NCBI GenBank assembly: GCA_963806185.1 | Contig: CAWDXE010000007.1 | Location: 768,001-832,000 of the forward strand | Direction of reading: 5' to 3' | Origin: an uncultured candidate division Zixibacteria bacterium | GTDB taxonomy: Bacteria; Zixibacteria; MSB-5A5; GN15; FEB-12 | DNA length: 64,000 bases | Translations under genes and position numbers: made by a program | Notes under the pieces: generated by a model | What the model was told of the DNA's origin: nothing | What the model saw: only the letters and a program-made list of their open reading frames with translations | Databases searched by the model: none | Shown here: positions 49,630 to 60,204 of the stretch, piece by piece | Layout: each line of letters opens with the position of its first letter | Position numbering within the stretch: the stretch's first letter is position 1

Positions 49630-51780
49630 CTAAAAGTGCACTCGCTCGTTGGCCGTGTCCTCGACCACCGGCGTCCGACCGCGGGGCCGAATATACATCC
49701 CTCGCGACGGATGCAAATGACATGTCACCGTCGGCTGATTCTCAAACGTAAACAAGTCCGTCGCTACCTGCGTACACCGATCTGTCGCCAGTTCGCCCGA
49801 TTCCAAACAGACGTCCACTCTCACGATATCATCCGGCTGCTCGAAATCGGCAATCGGCAGCGAATCGTGCGCCGCCAACATGTACTCCGTCCAGACCGGC
49901 ACCGCATTACTCGAACCCTCCTGACCGTGCCCGAGCGACGTCTTGTCGTCGAATCCCAGCCAGACCCCCGCGGTAATCTGCGGCGTGAATCCCACAAACC
50001 AGTTATCGCAGAATTCGTTCGACGTCCCGGTCTTGCCCCCCGCCGGACGGCTGAATCCCATCGCCCGCGCGCGTACCCCCGTGCCCTCATCCACCACCGA
50101 ACGCATCATATCCACCATGATATACGCCGTCTGCGGCGACAGCACTTCGCTTTTCTGCACCACCGTGTGGTCCTCGAGCACCCGACCGTACCGATCGACA
50201 ATCTTCAGAATCATCCGGTAGGGGATATGTATCCCCTGGTTCGGAAAGACCGAAAACGCCGAGACCAGCTCGATCAGTTTCACCTCACTCACGCCGATCG
50301 CCAATGACGGCACGGGAGTGAGCGGCGTGGTAATGCCGAAACTCTTCGCGTAAAAAATCGCCTGCTCCGGGTTAATCTTCAACAGCAACCGAATGGCCGC
50401 CAGGTTGCGCGACTGCGCCAGCGCCGTCCGAAGCGTGATCGGCCCCATGAACTTGTCGTCAAAATTGTGTGGTCGCCATTGCTTGGCGCCGGGAATGTCG
50501 AGCACGATCGGATTGTCATCGATAATATCCGTCGGATGAAATCCATTGTCGATACAGGCCGTGTAGACAAACGGCTTGAAGGCCGACCCCGGCTGGCGAA
50601 GCGCCTGCACCGCGCGGTTGAACTTGGTCTTGTCGAACGACCGCCCGCCAATCATCGACAAAACATCACCGGTGACATTGTCGATCGCAACAAACGCTCC
50701 CTGAATCTTCTTCCATGTCCTGATCGAATCCCCAAACCGATTCACCGTGTCCGGCAAAATCTGCGTGTACGCCTGATCAGACAGGGGATAGGTCCGTTCG
50801 ATCCTCGCCCGCATCGAGTCAATTTTCTTGTACAGCGAAACCTCGGCCTTGCGCTGAAGTCGCGCATCCAGCGACGTGTACACCTTCAGCCCGCCGGAAT
50901 AGAGCTGATCCTCGCCATATTTCCCAATCAGATACTGGCGAACGGTCTCGGTGAAGTACGGCGCCTGTCCGCCCGCTTCCTCCGGCGGCGAAATCTCGAC
51001 CGGCCGACTTTTCAACGAGTCAAATTGGGCCTCGGTGATCCCGCCCCACGAATAGTACGAATACAGCACTCGGTTGCGCGCCTGCAGCGCCTTGTCCGTA
51101 CTGCTTAGCGGCGAATTGATATTCGGCCCCTTGAGCAAACCGATCAGGATAGCACAATCGTTTATGTTCAGATCGGCCACTCGTTTGTCGAAAAGCGCCC
51201 GGGCCGCGGCCGCAACACCGTACGAACCCCTCCCGAAATAATGCTGGTTAAGATACATCTCCAGTATCTCGTCCTTCGAATACGTCCGCTCCAGCTTGAT
51301 CGCGGTCAACGCTTCCTTGATCTTGCGCGACATCGTCCTCTCCGGCGTCAGGAACAGCATGCGCGATACCTGCTGCGTGATCGTCGACGCACCGGCTTTG
51401 ATCTGCCAGTGCACGACATTGGTGAGCGCAACCAGGAAGAGCCGTCGAAGGTTGATCCCCCAATGGTGGTAGAATTCCTGATCCTCGGACGCGATCAGCA
51501 TCTCCACCAGCGGCTTCGGCATATCGGTCAGCGGCGTCAGTGCCCGGTTCTCGGTGTAGAATTCCTTGAGGAGCACGCCGTTGCGATCGTACAACTTCGT
51601 GCTCAGGTTCGGCTCTATATTGTGCAGTTGTTCAAATGAGGGAAGTTCCGACTGATAGACCCGATACGTCATCCAGGCGCCATACCCGAATGCCGCCAGA
51701 ACGATCACCGCCGCAACCGTGAGCACGGTTCGCCAGGGTGATCGGCCTCGGCCGTCTGATGCAAATGAAAACCAGCTCAT
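49630..51780 (-). CDS. Penicillin-binding protein 1A family (class A PBP)
   Basis: SEDQEFY, GASTITQQ, RKIKE, RQPGSAFKP, SRN, GKTGT. Confidence 0.93.
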   Translation of the reverse strand: MSWFSFASDGRGRSPWRTVLTVAAVIVLAAFGYGAWMTYRVYQSELPSFEQLHNIEPNLSTKLYDRNGVLLKEFYTENRALTPLTDMPKPLVEMLIASEDQEFYHHWGINLRRLFLVALTNVVHWQIKAGASTITQQVSRMLFLTPERTMSRKIKEALTAIKLERTYSKDEILEMYLNQHYFGRGSYGVAAAARALFDKRVADLNINDCAILIGLLKGPNINSPLSSTDKALQARNRVLYSYYSWGGITEAQFDSLKSRPVEISPPEEAGGQAPYFTETVRQYLIGKYGEDQLYSGGLKVYTSLDARLQRKAEVSLYKKIDSMRARIERTYPLSDQAYTQILPDTVNRFGDSIRTWKKIQGAFVAIDNVTGDVLSMIGGRSFDKTKFNRAVQALRQPGSAFKPFVYTACIDNGFHPTDIIDDNPIVLDIPGAKQWRPHNFDDKFMGPITLRTALAQSRNLAAIRLLLKINPEQAIFYAKSFGITTPLTPVPSLAIGVSEVKLIELVSAFSVFPNQGIHIPYRMILKIVDRYGRVLEDHTVVQKSEVLSPQTAYIMVDMMRSVVDEGTGVRARAMGFSRPAGGKTGTSNEFCDNWFVGFTPQITAGVWLGFDDKTSLGHGQEGSSNAVPVWTEYMLAAHDSLPIADFEQPDDIVRVDVCLESGELATDRCTQVATDLFTFENQPTVTCHLHPSRGMYIRPRGRTPVVEDTANERVHF

Positions 51781-51966
51781 ATCGTGGCTCTATTAAGCCG
51801 TCCGACCGCCCAAAGTGCAAGGTAAAAACCACCCCTCAACAACGGTTTGCCTTTTGCGGCGCAATTTCGTATCGTCTGTGTCAATCCATTCGGCTGCAAT
51901 TGCATAGGAATCACCTCCCATATTATATGCCGACATGGGTGCAAAGTCTAGACTGAGGAGACCAGT

Positions 51967-53229
51967 GTGACGACCGAAAACGAGGTCAGCGCCGATATCC
52001 GCCGCGAATTCGAACGACAATGGCATGTTTTTTCCCGTCGAACCATCGACCTCCTGCCCGAAAACGAATTCCGCGAGAAACTCCTGAATGCCATACGCGA
52101 TAACAAGCCCTTGCGTGTCAAGCAGGGGTTCGACCCAACCTCTCCGGATATCCACATCGGTCACGCTGTCGGTATCCGCAAACTGCGGGAATTCCAGGAC
52201 TTCGGCCATCAAATCGTCCTCATCATCGGCGACTATACGGCGATGGTGGGCGATCCGTCCGGCCAGTCGGCCACCCGACCGCAGCTCGGCTACGATGAAA
52301 TCATGAAAAACGCCGAGACCTACCAGGCTCAGTTCTTCCACATCCTGGATCGGTCCAAGACCGAGGTCCGGCGCAACGGCGAGTGGTTTGAGAAAATGAA
52401 CTTTCTCGAGATTATGAAACTCGCCTCCAAGTTCACCGTCGCTCGCCTTCTGGAACGTGACGATTTCGCACAGCGAATGAAGAACCTGACCCCTATCTCC
52501 GTGCATGAACTGTTCTATCCGTTGATGCAGGCGTATGACTCCGTCGCTATCCGGGCCGATCTCGAACTCGGCGCCACCGAACAGAAATTCAACCTGCTCG
52601 CCGGTCGCACCATCCAGGAAGCCTACGGCGTTCCACCCCAGTGCATCATGACCCTGCCCATCCTGGTCGGCCTGGACGGGGAGAAGAAGATGTCCAAGTC
52701 GCTCGGCAACTATGTGGGTATCACCGAGTCAAATCGGGAGATCTTTGGGAAGATCATGTCCATCCCGGATGACGTCATTGCCCAGTTTTTTGAACTGGCT
52801 ACCGATCTTTCAACGGAGGAACTGGTCGACATTAAACGGCAGCTTCAGGATCCGTCTGTCAACCCCATGGGTCTGAAGAAGAGTCTCGGCGAGAAAATTG
52901 TCGACATGTATCACCCGAAGGGATCGGGTAGGAGCGCTCGCGAGGAATTCGAGCGCGTCTTCTCCCAGAAACAGCTCCCCGACGATATTCCGGAACTATC
53001 TGCCGGTCAGCTCTCTGGTCTCGGCCTCCGGCCCGACGCTGTTTATCTCGTCGGCCTGATCACCAAGACTGGCATGGCTAAGTCAAACAGCGAGGCCCGG
53101 CAGCTCATTCAGGCCGGGGGAGTCTACCTCGATGACGTCAAAATCGGGGACCCGGCGTTTGAATTTTCCGTAAAAGGCGAGATGATTCTGAAAGTGGGGA
53201 AACGACGCTTTCTCAAAATAAAACCCTGA
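51967..53229 (+). CDS. tyrS: Tyrosine--tRNA ligase
   Basis: GFDPTSPDIHIGH, YPLMQAYD, KMSKS and an S4-like tail ending VGKRRF; GAGGAG SD. Confidence 0.97.
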   Translation: MTTENEVSADIRREFERQWHVFSRRTIDLLPENEFREKLLNAIRDNKPLRVKQGFDPTSPDIHIGHAVGIRKLREFQDFGHQIVLIIGDYTAMVGDPSGQSATRPQLGYDEIMKNAETYQAQFFHILDRSKTEVRRNGEWFEKMNFLEIMKLASKFTVARLLERDDFAQRMKNLTPISVHELFYPLMQAYDSVAIRADLELGATEQKFNLLAGRTIQEAYGVPPQCIMTLPILVGLDGEKKMSKSLGNYVGITESNREIFGKIMSIPDDVIAQFFELATDLSTEELVDIKRQLQDPSVNPMGLKKSLGEKIVDMYHPKGSGRSAREEFERVFSQKQLPDDIPELSAGQLSGLGLRPDAVYLVGLITKTGMAKSNSEARQLIQAGGVYLDDVKIGDPAFEFSVKGEMILKVGKRRFLKIKP

Positions 53230-53308
53230 TCCCTGCAACTTTCGAACCTGTCTCGCACTATTACATCAGTGATCAGTGTCACTATGAATTGAACGGTTTG
53301 GAGCAAGT

Positions 53309-54943
53309 GTGAATAAGCCCCGTCAGCGCCCTTTGGTATTTGCCGTGTCCGCGATGGCCCTTTGTCTCGTGGCCGTCAGTGCATTCGCGGCCCAATCCAG
53401 ACCAGGCGCCGTCGACACCACTCTGAAGCATCTTCCTACGATCGCCATCAAGGCGCCCGGCGCGCTGATGGACCGACGCGCTTACGATCTGTACGTGACC
53501 GGTATTCTGCAGGAGAACATCGGTGACCTCCCCTCAGCGATTGAAACTTACAAGCTCGCTCTCCAGTACTACCCCGAGTCGTACGAAATCGGCTTCTCGC
53601 TGGCCAACGTACTGGTCAACACTCACCGGCCGGATGATGCCCTTGACATCCTCAAAAGGCTCCTCCCGCGCGACGCCGGTGTCTACGAGTTGTCCGCCAC
53701 CTGCTATCGAATGAAAGGCGACGACCGCTCCGCCATCGACTCCTATCGCAAAGTCATCGCCCTCGACACCACCAACTTCCTCGCCTACAGCGTCCTCGCC
53801 GGCTATTTTCAGGTGGCCGGGGATATCGACTCAACACTCTGGGCCTACGAGCAACTCACCCGTATTCGCCCCGACAACTATCGCGTCTGGTTCGAAATCG
53901 GCCGAGTAAGAGCGCTCAAGCAAGACATCGACGGCGCCAAGAAAGCCCTCAATTTGTCCCTGTCGATCGAGGACGGCCCGGAAAATACCAATACCCTGCA
54001 AGCCCTCGGGGAACTGTATACAGTCGGTCGACAACTGGATTCTGCCGCCCTGATATATAAAGCAGGACTTGAACATGATCGTGCTAATATACAATTGCAC
54101 AATAAGTTAATCGGTGTCTATATTCAGCAGGACTCGCTCGCCCAAGCCCTGCCACATGCGAAGTTCGTCGCTGACATAAACCCGCTCGACAAACCGTCCC
54201 TGCGCCGCCTCGGCATTCTGTATTTCTCTCTTGACTCCATTCCGGCCGCCGATTCGATCTTCACTTCGCTGATTAAGTCGGGTGATGATAGCCCCACTGA
54301 CCTTTACTACATGGGCCGTATTGCCGGGCTCCGCAAGGACTACGACAAAGCCATCGACTACTTTACGAAGCTGACTCAGGCTGCGGATACCGCCATCGGC
54401 AGCTGGTACAGCCTCGGCTATGTCTATCGTGACCTCGGCCAGCGCGACAAGGAAATTGAGACATACCGAACCGGCATCAAACACATGCGTTCAGAAGAAA
54501 ACGCAGTCAATCTCTATTTTGCCCTCGGTGCATCGCAAGAGCAGGCAGGTCAGTTTGATTCGTCGGTGAGTACGTTCGAGGAACTGCTCAAGCACTCCCC
54601 GGACCACAGCCAGGCCCTCAATTACCTCGGTTATATGCTGGCCGATAAGGGAGTCCGCCTCGACTACGCCAAAAGCCTCATAGAACGAGCCGTCGCCCTT
54701 GCCCCCAACACCCCGGCCTTTCTCGATAGCTACGGTTGGGTTCATTTCCGGCTCGGCAATCTCGAAGCCGCTCTCCAATATCTGAATCAAGCCGCGGAGC
54801 TTGACACCGACGTTACGATTTTCGATCATCTGGGCGATGTCTACAATGCCCAGGGAAACATCGAACAAGCACGCCACTGGTGGAATCGGGCCTTGGAAGT
54901 CCAGCCTGACAACGCCGCCATTCGACAGAAACTGGTCCGTTAA
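53309..54943 (+). CDS. Secreted/periplasmic TPR-repeat protein
   Basis: Signal peptide; multiple TPRs; ALNYLGY.LAD, DSYGW, DHLGDVY. Confidence 0.88.
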   Translation: MNKPRQRPLVFAVSAMALCLVAVSAFAAQSRPGAVDTTLKHLPTIAIKAPGALMDRRAYDLYVTGILQENIGDLPSAIETYKLALQYYPESYEIGFSLANVLVNTHRPDDALDILKRLLPRDAGVYELSATCYRMKGDDRSAIDSYRKVIALDTTNFLAYSVLAGYFQVAGDIDSTLWAYEQLTRIRPDNYRVWFEIGRVRALKQDIDGAKKALNLSLSIEDGPENTNTLQALGELYTVGRQLDSAALIYKAGLEHDRANIQLHNKLIGVYIQQDSLAQALPHAKFVADINPLDKPSLRRLGILYFSLDSIPAADSIFTSLIKSGDDSPTDLYYMGRIAGLRKDYDKAIDYFTKLTQAADTAIGSWYSLGYVYRDLGQRDKEIETYRTGIKHMRSEENAVNLYFALGASQEQAGQFDSSVSTFEELLKHSPDHSQALNYLGYMLADKGVRLDYAKSLIERAVALAPNTPAFLDSYGWVHFRLGNLEAALQYLNQAAELDTDVTIFDHLGDVYNAQGNIEQARHWWNRALEVQPDNAAIRQKLVR

Positions 54944-54947
54944 TTCC

Positions 54948-56618
54948 GTGAACTTTCGATCGCTTCTCGGCTGGCTCACAATCCTACCGATAGTGTGTGT
55001 CCTGTCCTGTGCCGAAGTTGCTCCCCCCCCGGGAGGAGAAATCGACAAGAAAGGCCCCATCATTCTTGGCACGACGCCGGCCAGCGGCTCGGTCAACGTG
55101 GCACCGACCGACAAAATCGTAATCTCATTTTCCGAACCGGTTCAGCGTCCGACCGGCGGACAAACGCTCTTTCTCTCACCGCGCCAGACACAACCACCAA
55201 AAGTCCACTGGAAATCAGATCGTATCGAAATCGAACTGAGCGACACCCTTGCCCCCAACCAAACCTACATCCTCTCGCTCAGCGCCAATATCACCGATCT
55301 GCGAAATAACAAGGTCGACTCCCTGGCTCCTATCGCCTTTTCCACCGGCCCCGCGCTCGACACCGGTGTCATCACGGGTGACGTCCTCGAACAGCGCGCC
55401 GGCGTCGGCGGTATCGTGATCGCCCTCTTTGACTCGTTGCCCCCGGATGGCCAACCGTACGATTCGACCTTTCCGCAATACCTCACCTCGTCCGGCAGCG
55501 ATGGCCGCTTCACCTTCCGGTATCTTCCGTCGCGCAGTTTCTACCTGATCGCTTTCCAGGACAAGAATAACAACGGTCTCTTCAACCCGTCTTCTGAACG
55601 CTTTGCCGTTCCTGATCGGTCCGTTTCACTGGGTGATTCCATCGGCGTCCCGAACCTGCACCTTCAACTGGCCCCGGCCTTTCCGCCTTCGGCCATTCAG
55701 GATGCTTCATTCTCAGTCGACGGCATGGTGCGCCTTCGCTTCGTCGGTCCCATAATTCCGAAGTTCATCAGCCGTCATCCGTCCGGTGCTCGCATCTGGT
55801 TGCGCAGCGACTCAGCCAAAACATACTCCGGCCTGGCTATAGCCCAGGCGCCTGAGGACACCACTCGCGTCCTCGATCTCTGGCTCGGTCCAGTCGACAC
55901 CGGCGCCTACGTTGGCTCCATTCAACTGGACTCACTCGCCAATCCTATGGCCATCGACACCTTTGAGGTAAAGACGGGGGAGGACAAGACCCCGCCGCGA
56001 ATAACAGCGACCAGTCCTGCCGCCGGCAGCCACTTTCGAGATCAGATTCTGCTGACCTTCGCCTTTTCCGAGCCTATCGATACCGCCCGGCTTCAGCCGA
56101 GCACCTTCACGCTGATCGCCTCGCCGGCCGACACCATTCCGCTGACTCGCACCTGGTCCGACCTTATGCATCTGCACCTAACGCCGGGTTCTTTGGCTAC
56201 GGGCATGAGCTATACTCTGACGGCTTCCGCACCCGACATTCTTGATCTCCATGGCACCCCTGTCGGCGATTCCGTGCGCGTCTATACTTTTTCCACGCTT
56301 GATCCGGACTCCGTTGGCACTGCCGTTGGAACAGTGACGCTGGCTTCGGACGTATCTCCAAACGCGGTCAAACTCAGCTTCGTCCGCCTGCCCGACCAGC
56401 ACCCTTTTGCACTCTCGCTCAGCGACTCCAAATTCTCCCTTTCTCTGCCGGCCGGGAAGTACCTCCTCTCGGGCTACATCGATCGTGACAGCGACGGAAC
56501 CCTCTCCAGAGGCTCGGTCCAGCCGTATCGCTATGCCGAAACGGCCGCCCTCTACCCGGACACGATCGCCGTTCGTGCCCGCTTCGAAACTACAGGCATC
56601 AACTTCGAAATTCGGTGA
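54948..56618 (+). CDS. Lipoprotein with bacterial Ig-like (Big_5) domains
   Basis: GTG 54948; lipobox LSC followed by A...PPGGEIDK.GP; FSEP Ig repeats. Confidence 0.78.
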   Translation: MNFRSLLGWLTILPIVCVLSCAEVAPPPGGEIDKKGPIILGTTPASGSVNVAPTDKIVISFSEPVQRPTGGQTLFLSPRQTQPPKVHWKSDRIEIELSDTLAPNQTYILSLSANITDLRNNKVDSLAPIAFSTGPALDTGVITGDVLEQRAGVGGIVIALFDSLPPDGQPYDSTFPQYLTSSGSDGRFTFRYLPSRSFYLIAFQDKNNNGLFNPSSERFAVPDRSVSLGDSIGVPNLHLQLAPAFPPSAIQDASFSVDGMVRLRFVGPIIPKFISRHPSGARIWLRSDSAKTYSGLAIAQAPEDTTRVLDLWLGPVDTGAYVGSIQLDSLANPMAIDTFEVKTGEDKTPPRITATSPAAGSHFRDQILLTFAFSEPIDTARLQPSTFTLIASPADTIPLTRTWSDLMHLHLTPGSLATGMSYTLTASAPDILDLHGTPVGDSVRVYTFSTLDPDSVGTAVGTVTLASDVSPNAVKLSFVRLPDQHPFALSLSDSKFSLSLPAGKYLLSGYIDRDSDGTLSRGSVQPYRYAETAALYPDTIAVRARFETTGINFEIR

Positions 56619-56624
56619 ACTCTT

Positions 56625-57722
56625 ATGCACAAGTTCCTCTCGCAGATTCCGGTAACTGAAGGCTGGCAGGAATTGATTGGCCTCGCCATCATCGTCGTCG
56701 GCACCCTGATTGCCGCCGCCGTCGTGCGCATCATCCTGTTTACCATCATTGGTCATTACACCAAACGTACCAAAACCGACCTCGACGACGCCCTCTTCGC
56801 TGCTACCCGCAAGCAGATCTACCTGCTCATTTACGTGTTCGGCCTGAGCGTATTGTTCAATTATCTGCAATCGATACACGAGGAATCACTCGGCGCCAAA
56901 CTGTTCGAGATCTGCGATCGGGTCATTTTTGCCCTCGGCGTCCTGGTCGTTGCCTTTACGATCGTACGCATCGCTCACACTTTCCTGCACTGGTACGGAC
57001 GGACCGTTGCCTCCAGAACCGAATCTACACTGGACGATGAATTCGTCCCCCTGCTCGACCGCGTCGTGAAAATCATCGTCTTTTCCCTGGCGATTCTCAT
57101 CGTCCTCGACCATTTCCATGTCGACGTAAAGGGCTTGATCGCCGTATTGGGCGTCGGTTCCCTGGCCATTGCCCTCGCCGCTCAGGACACGATCGCCAAT
57201 ATGATCGCCGGCTTCGTCATCATGATCGACCGTCCCTTTCGCGTGGGGGATAGGCTGCGCCTTCCCGACGGCACGGTCTGTATTGTCAACCAGATCGGCC
57301 TCCGCTCCACGCGCATGCTGACCTTTGAAAACACGTTCATCATTTCGCCCAACGCCGAACTGACCAAAACGACAATTCACAACCTGAGCTACCCGTCGCC
57401 CGAGATTCGCGTCGACGTTAAGTTCGATATCGGTTACCAGTCCGATATCCCGCACGCCCGCCAGATCATGCTCGACGAGGCCCAGCACCACCCGAAGGTA
57501 CTCAAGGATCCCAAACCGACTTTTGCCCTCAACAAGTTTAAGGACAGCGCCATTGAGGTTGCCCTGTATGCTCGCGTCGGCGACGTGGCCGATCAGTTTC
57601 AGACCAACCAGGACCTCGCCGAACGAATCCTCAACCGCTTCCGGACTGAGAAAATCGAAATCCCCCTCCCACAGCGCGTGGTTCACCTCGTGGACAATCG
57701 CCAGACCGACCGGCAGCCATAA
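56625..57722 (+). CDS. Small-conductance mechanosensitive channel (MscS family)
   Basis: LGVGSLAIALAAQDTIAN, DRPFRVGD, IGLRST, IEIP. Confidence 0.93.
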   Translation: MHKFLSQIPVTEGWQELIGLAIIVVGTLIAAAVVRIILFTIIGHYTKRTKTDLDDALFAATRKQIYLLIYVFGLSVLFNYLQSIHEESLGAKLFEICDRVIFALGVLVVAFTIVRIAHTFLHWYGRTVASRTESTLDDEFVPLLDRVVKIIVFSLAILIVLDHFHVDVKGLIAVLGVGSLAIALAAQDTIANMIAGFVIMIDRPFRVGDRLRLPDGTVCIVNQIGLRSTRMLTFENTFIISPNAELTKTTIHNLSYPSPEIRVDVKFDIGYQSDIPHARQIMLDEAQHHPKVLKDPKPTFALNKFKDSAIEVALYARVGDVADQFQTNQDLAERILNRFRTEKIEIPLPQRVVHLVDNRQTDRQP

Positions 57723-57750
57723 AAAAACCGGCGATCGTTCGACCGCCGGT
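57721..57750 (-). terminator. Terminator between convergent MscS and OmpA genes
   Basis: aaccggcg..cgccggtt stem with an A-run on the left (U-tail on the minus strand). Confidence 0.65.
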
Positions 57751-57774
57751 TCGTTGCGAGTCAGTAGGCAACTC

Positions 57775-58413
57775 CTAGTTGGTTATTTGAGTCCGCTCCG
57801 CCGCCGGTTGCTGATCCGGAGTCGGAATTCCCCACACGACCAGGGTCACGCGCCGGTTCTTGGCTCCGGCATTGCTCTGATCGGTCATCTCCGCCTTGCG
57901 GCTTTCCCCGTGCGAAATGCTGAACAGCCGATAGAGCGCGACACCGTACTTCTCATTGAGATACAGCTTCGCCGCATCCGCTCGCCGTCCGCCCAGGACC
58001 AGATTGTACGCCGCCGGGCCGGTCTTGTCCGTGTATCCCCCGATCTCCATGATCGAGGACTTGTTGGCTTCCAACGCTTGACCGCCCTCGTCGAGCACTG
58101 ATTGCGCCTCTCCGGTCAATTCGAATGAATCAAAATTGAAATTGATCTCGCCCTGCCATAGAATCTGATAATTCTCGAACCCGGCCGCCTTATTGACCGC
58201 CAGATCAGCCTTCTTGTCCAATTCGGTCGCCAGTTGCTGAAGACGCGCAACGTCGGCGGCCGTCATATCCTGCTTGGATGACATGTCGGAAAGGCGGGTA
58301 CTCGTGCGAGCTTCCGAGGCCGCAATCTCCTGAGCGACAAAATCCTTCTTCACACCGCAGCCGGCCATCATCACGGTCAGGCCAAGCAGTGTGATTGCCC
58401 AAAAGTTTCTCAT
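57775..58413 (-). CDS. OmpA/Pal-family lipoprotein
   Basis: Lipobox MAGC; F.FDS..L, GYTD..G...YN..L..RRA, NRRV. Confidence 0.88.
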   Translation of the reverse strand: MRNFWAITLLGLTVMMAGCGVKKDFVAQEIAASEARTSTRLSDMSSKQDMTAADVARLQQLATELDKKADLAVNKAAGFENYQILWQGEINFNFDSFELTGEAQSVLDEGGQALEANKSSIMEIGGYTDKTGPAAYNLVLGGRRADAAKLYLNEKYGVALYRLFSISHGESRKAEMTDQSNAGAKNRRVTLVVWGIPTPDQQPAAERTQITN

Positions 58414-58513
58414 TTCGGTCCGTCCTTTCATTTCCAAAAGTGGAAGGTCATTCCCTTATACAGCCAACTGCCTGCTGGTTTCCGCCTAAAAACCCGCCCC
58501 AGCGGCCAATTCG

Positions 58514-59341
58514 CTATTGCTTGATCCCGCCGGCCATGATGCCGGAGACGATCTGACGCTGTCCGATGATGAATAACACGAGAATCGGTAGCACGGCCAG
58601 ACTTGAACCGGCCATGAGATGCTGCCAGTCGATGGCTTGGTGTCCCTGAAGCATCGCCAGCGCCACCGGCAATGTGCGCAGCGAATCACTCGATGTCAAG
58701 ATGTAAGGGAAGAGGAAGGAATTCCAGTTGGTGACAAACACCTGTATCGCCAGCACGGCAATGGCCGGCTTGCACAACGGCATCACGATACGAAACACTA
58801 TCGTGTACTCCCCGGCCCCGTCCACCCGCGCCGCCTCTTCCAACGATGTAGGAATCGCCTCCACGTACTGCTTGATCAGAAAGATGCCGATCGGGTTAAC
58901 CAACCACGGGATAATCAGCGCCCAGTACGAATCATAAATGCCCGCCTTGATACACATCAAATACAGCGGTATGATCACGATGTGCGCCGGTATCATGAGT
59001 ACGATTACCACCGACGCGAACAGGATCTTGTTGCCGATCGAGCGGTACCGCGCCAGCCCATACCCCACCATGAAGCAGAAGAGAATATTCCCGGCGGTTA
59101 CCACCAACCCCACGAACAGCGAATTGAATAGATACCGACCGACATTCCCGTCGCGCCACAAATCGACAAAGCTCTGCAGCGTCACCGAGCCCATGAACAT
59201 CTCACGTACGCCGGTAGCCGAGCCCGCCGGCATAAGCGACACCCGAAGCATCCACAAAAGAGGGAGGACCATCGCCAGCAGTATCGTCGTTAACACAACG
59301 TACCTGATCAGGCGAATGACCCGGCCTTCCCGACTTACCAT
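58514..59341 (-). CDS. Carbohydrate ABC transporter permease (MalG-like)
   Basis: EEAARVDGA EAA motif; WNSFLFP; TLPVAL. Confidence 0.92.
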   Translation of the reverse strand: MVSREGRVIRLIRYVVLTTILLAMVLPLLWMLRVSLMPAGSATGVREMFMGSVTLQSFVDLWRDGNVGRYLFNSLFVGLVVTAGNILFCFMVGYGLARYRSIGNKILFASVVIVLMIPAHIVIIPLYLMCIKAGIYDSYWALIIPWLVNPIGIFLIKQYVEAIPTSLEEAARVDGAGEYTIVFRIVMPLCKPAIAVLAIQVFVTNWNSFLFPYILTSSDSLRTLPVALAMLQGHQAIDWQHLMAGSSLAVLPILVLFIIGQRQIVSGIMAGGIKQ

Positions 59342-60204
59342 ATGGACTCCCTCCGCCGCAGCAGCGCAAACTGCGCTATCGATATCACCGCCACCAGCAA
59401 AAAGAGCGACCAGGCAATCGCCGACGCATACCCGAATTTGAAATTGGTCGTCAACCCCGTGTCGTACATATAGTACACCACGGTCGCCGTCTCATACTTC
59501 CCCTTGGTCATCACGAAAATCTCGACAAATACCTGGAACGACTTGATCGAGTTGACCACGATGATAAACAGCGCCACCGGCCGCAGTAGCGGCAGGGTAA
59601 TCGACCGAAATTGCCGCCACCACGAAGCTCCCACGATCTCCGCCGACTCGTACAACTCTTCCGGTATCGCCTTCAATCCGGCCAGGAAGATCAGCATGTA
59701 ATACCCGACCGACATCCAGATATCCATCGCCATGATTGAATACAAGGCCGTCCGATTGTCATAGAGAAATCCGTACTGCGGGGGAGTGAACCCGGCCATC
59801 TCCGCCAGCATCGCCACATACCCGCCGCGCTCATACAAATTCGTAAAGATGAGCGCGATCACCACCATCGAGGTGATCCAGGGAAGAAAGAACCCCGCCC
59901 GAAACAACCCGCGCCCCGGAAATTCATGATTTACCAGCAACGCCAGAAGCAGCGCTATAATCGTTGTGACCGGAATCGTGCCAAGCACGAACACAAACGT
60001 GTTTTTCAATGAAGACAGAAACGCCGGATCGTCAAGCAGGGCACGGTAATTGTCCAAACCCACCCAATGCGTCTCGTGGGTCAGCAATTGACCGTCGGTA
60101 AACCCCATGTACAGGGAATAACTGAGCGGGAAAATCCAGAAAAAGAGAAACGTCAACAGCCACGGTGAAACCAGCGTCAGAGAAATCCAGCGCCCCGTTT
60201 TCAT
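59335..60204 (-). CDS. Carbohydrate ABC transporter permease (MalF-like)
   Basis: VGLDNY, LAGLKAIPEELYESA..GA, ITLPLLRP, GYASA. Confidence 0.92.
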   Translation of the reverse strand: MKTGRWISLTLVSPWLLTFLFFWIFPLSYSLYMGFTDGQLLTHETHWVGLDNYRALLDDPAFLSSLKNTFVFVLGTIPVTTIIALLLALLVNHEFPGRGLFRAGFFLPWITSMVVIALIFTNLYERGGYVAMLAEMAGFTPPQYGFLYDNRTALYSIMAMDIWMSVGYYMLIFLAGLKAIPEELYESAEIVGASWWRQFRSITLPLLRPVALFIIVVNSIKSFQVFVEIFVMTKGKYETATVVYYMYDTGLTTNFKFGYASAIAWSLFLLVAVISIAQFALLRRRESIW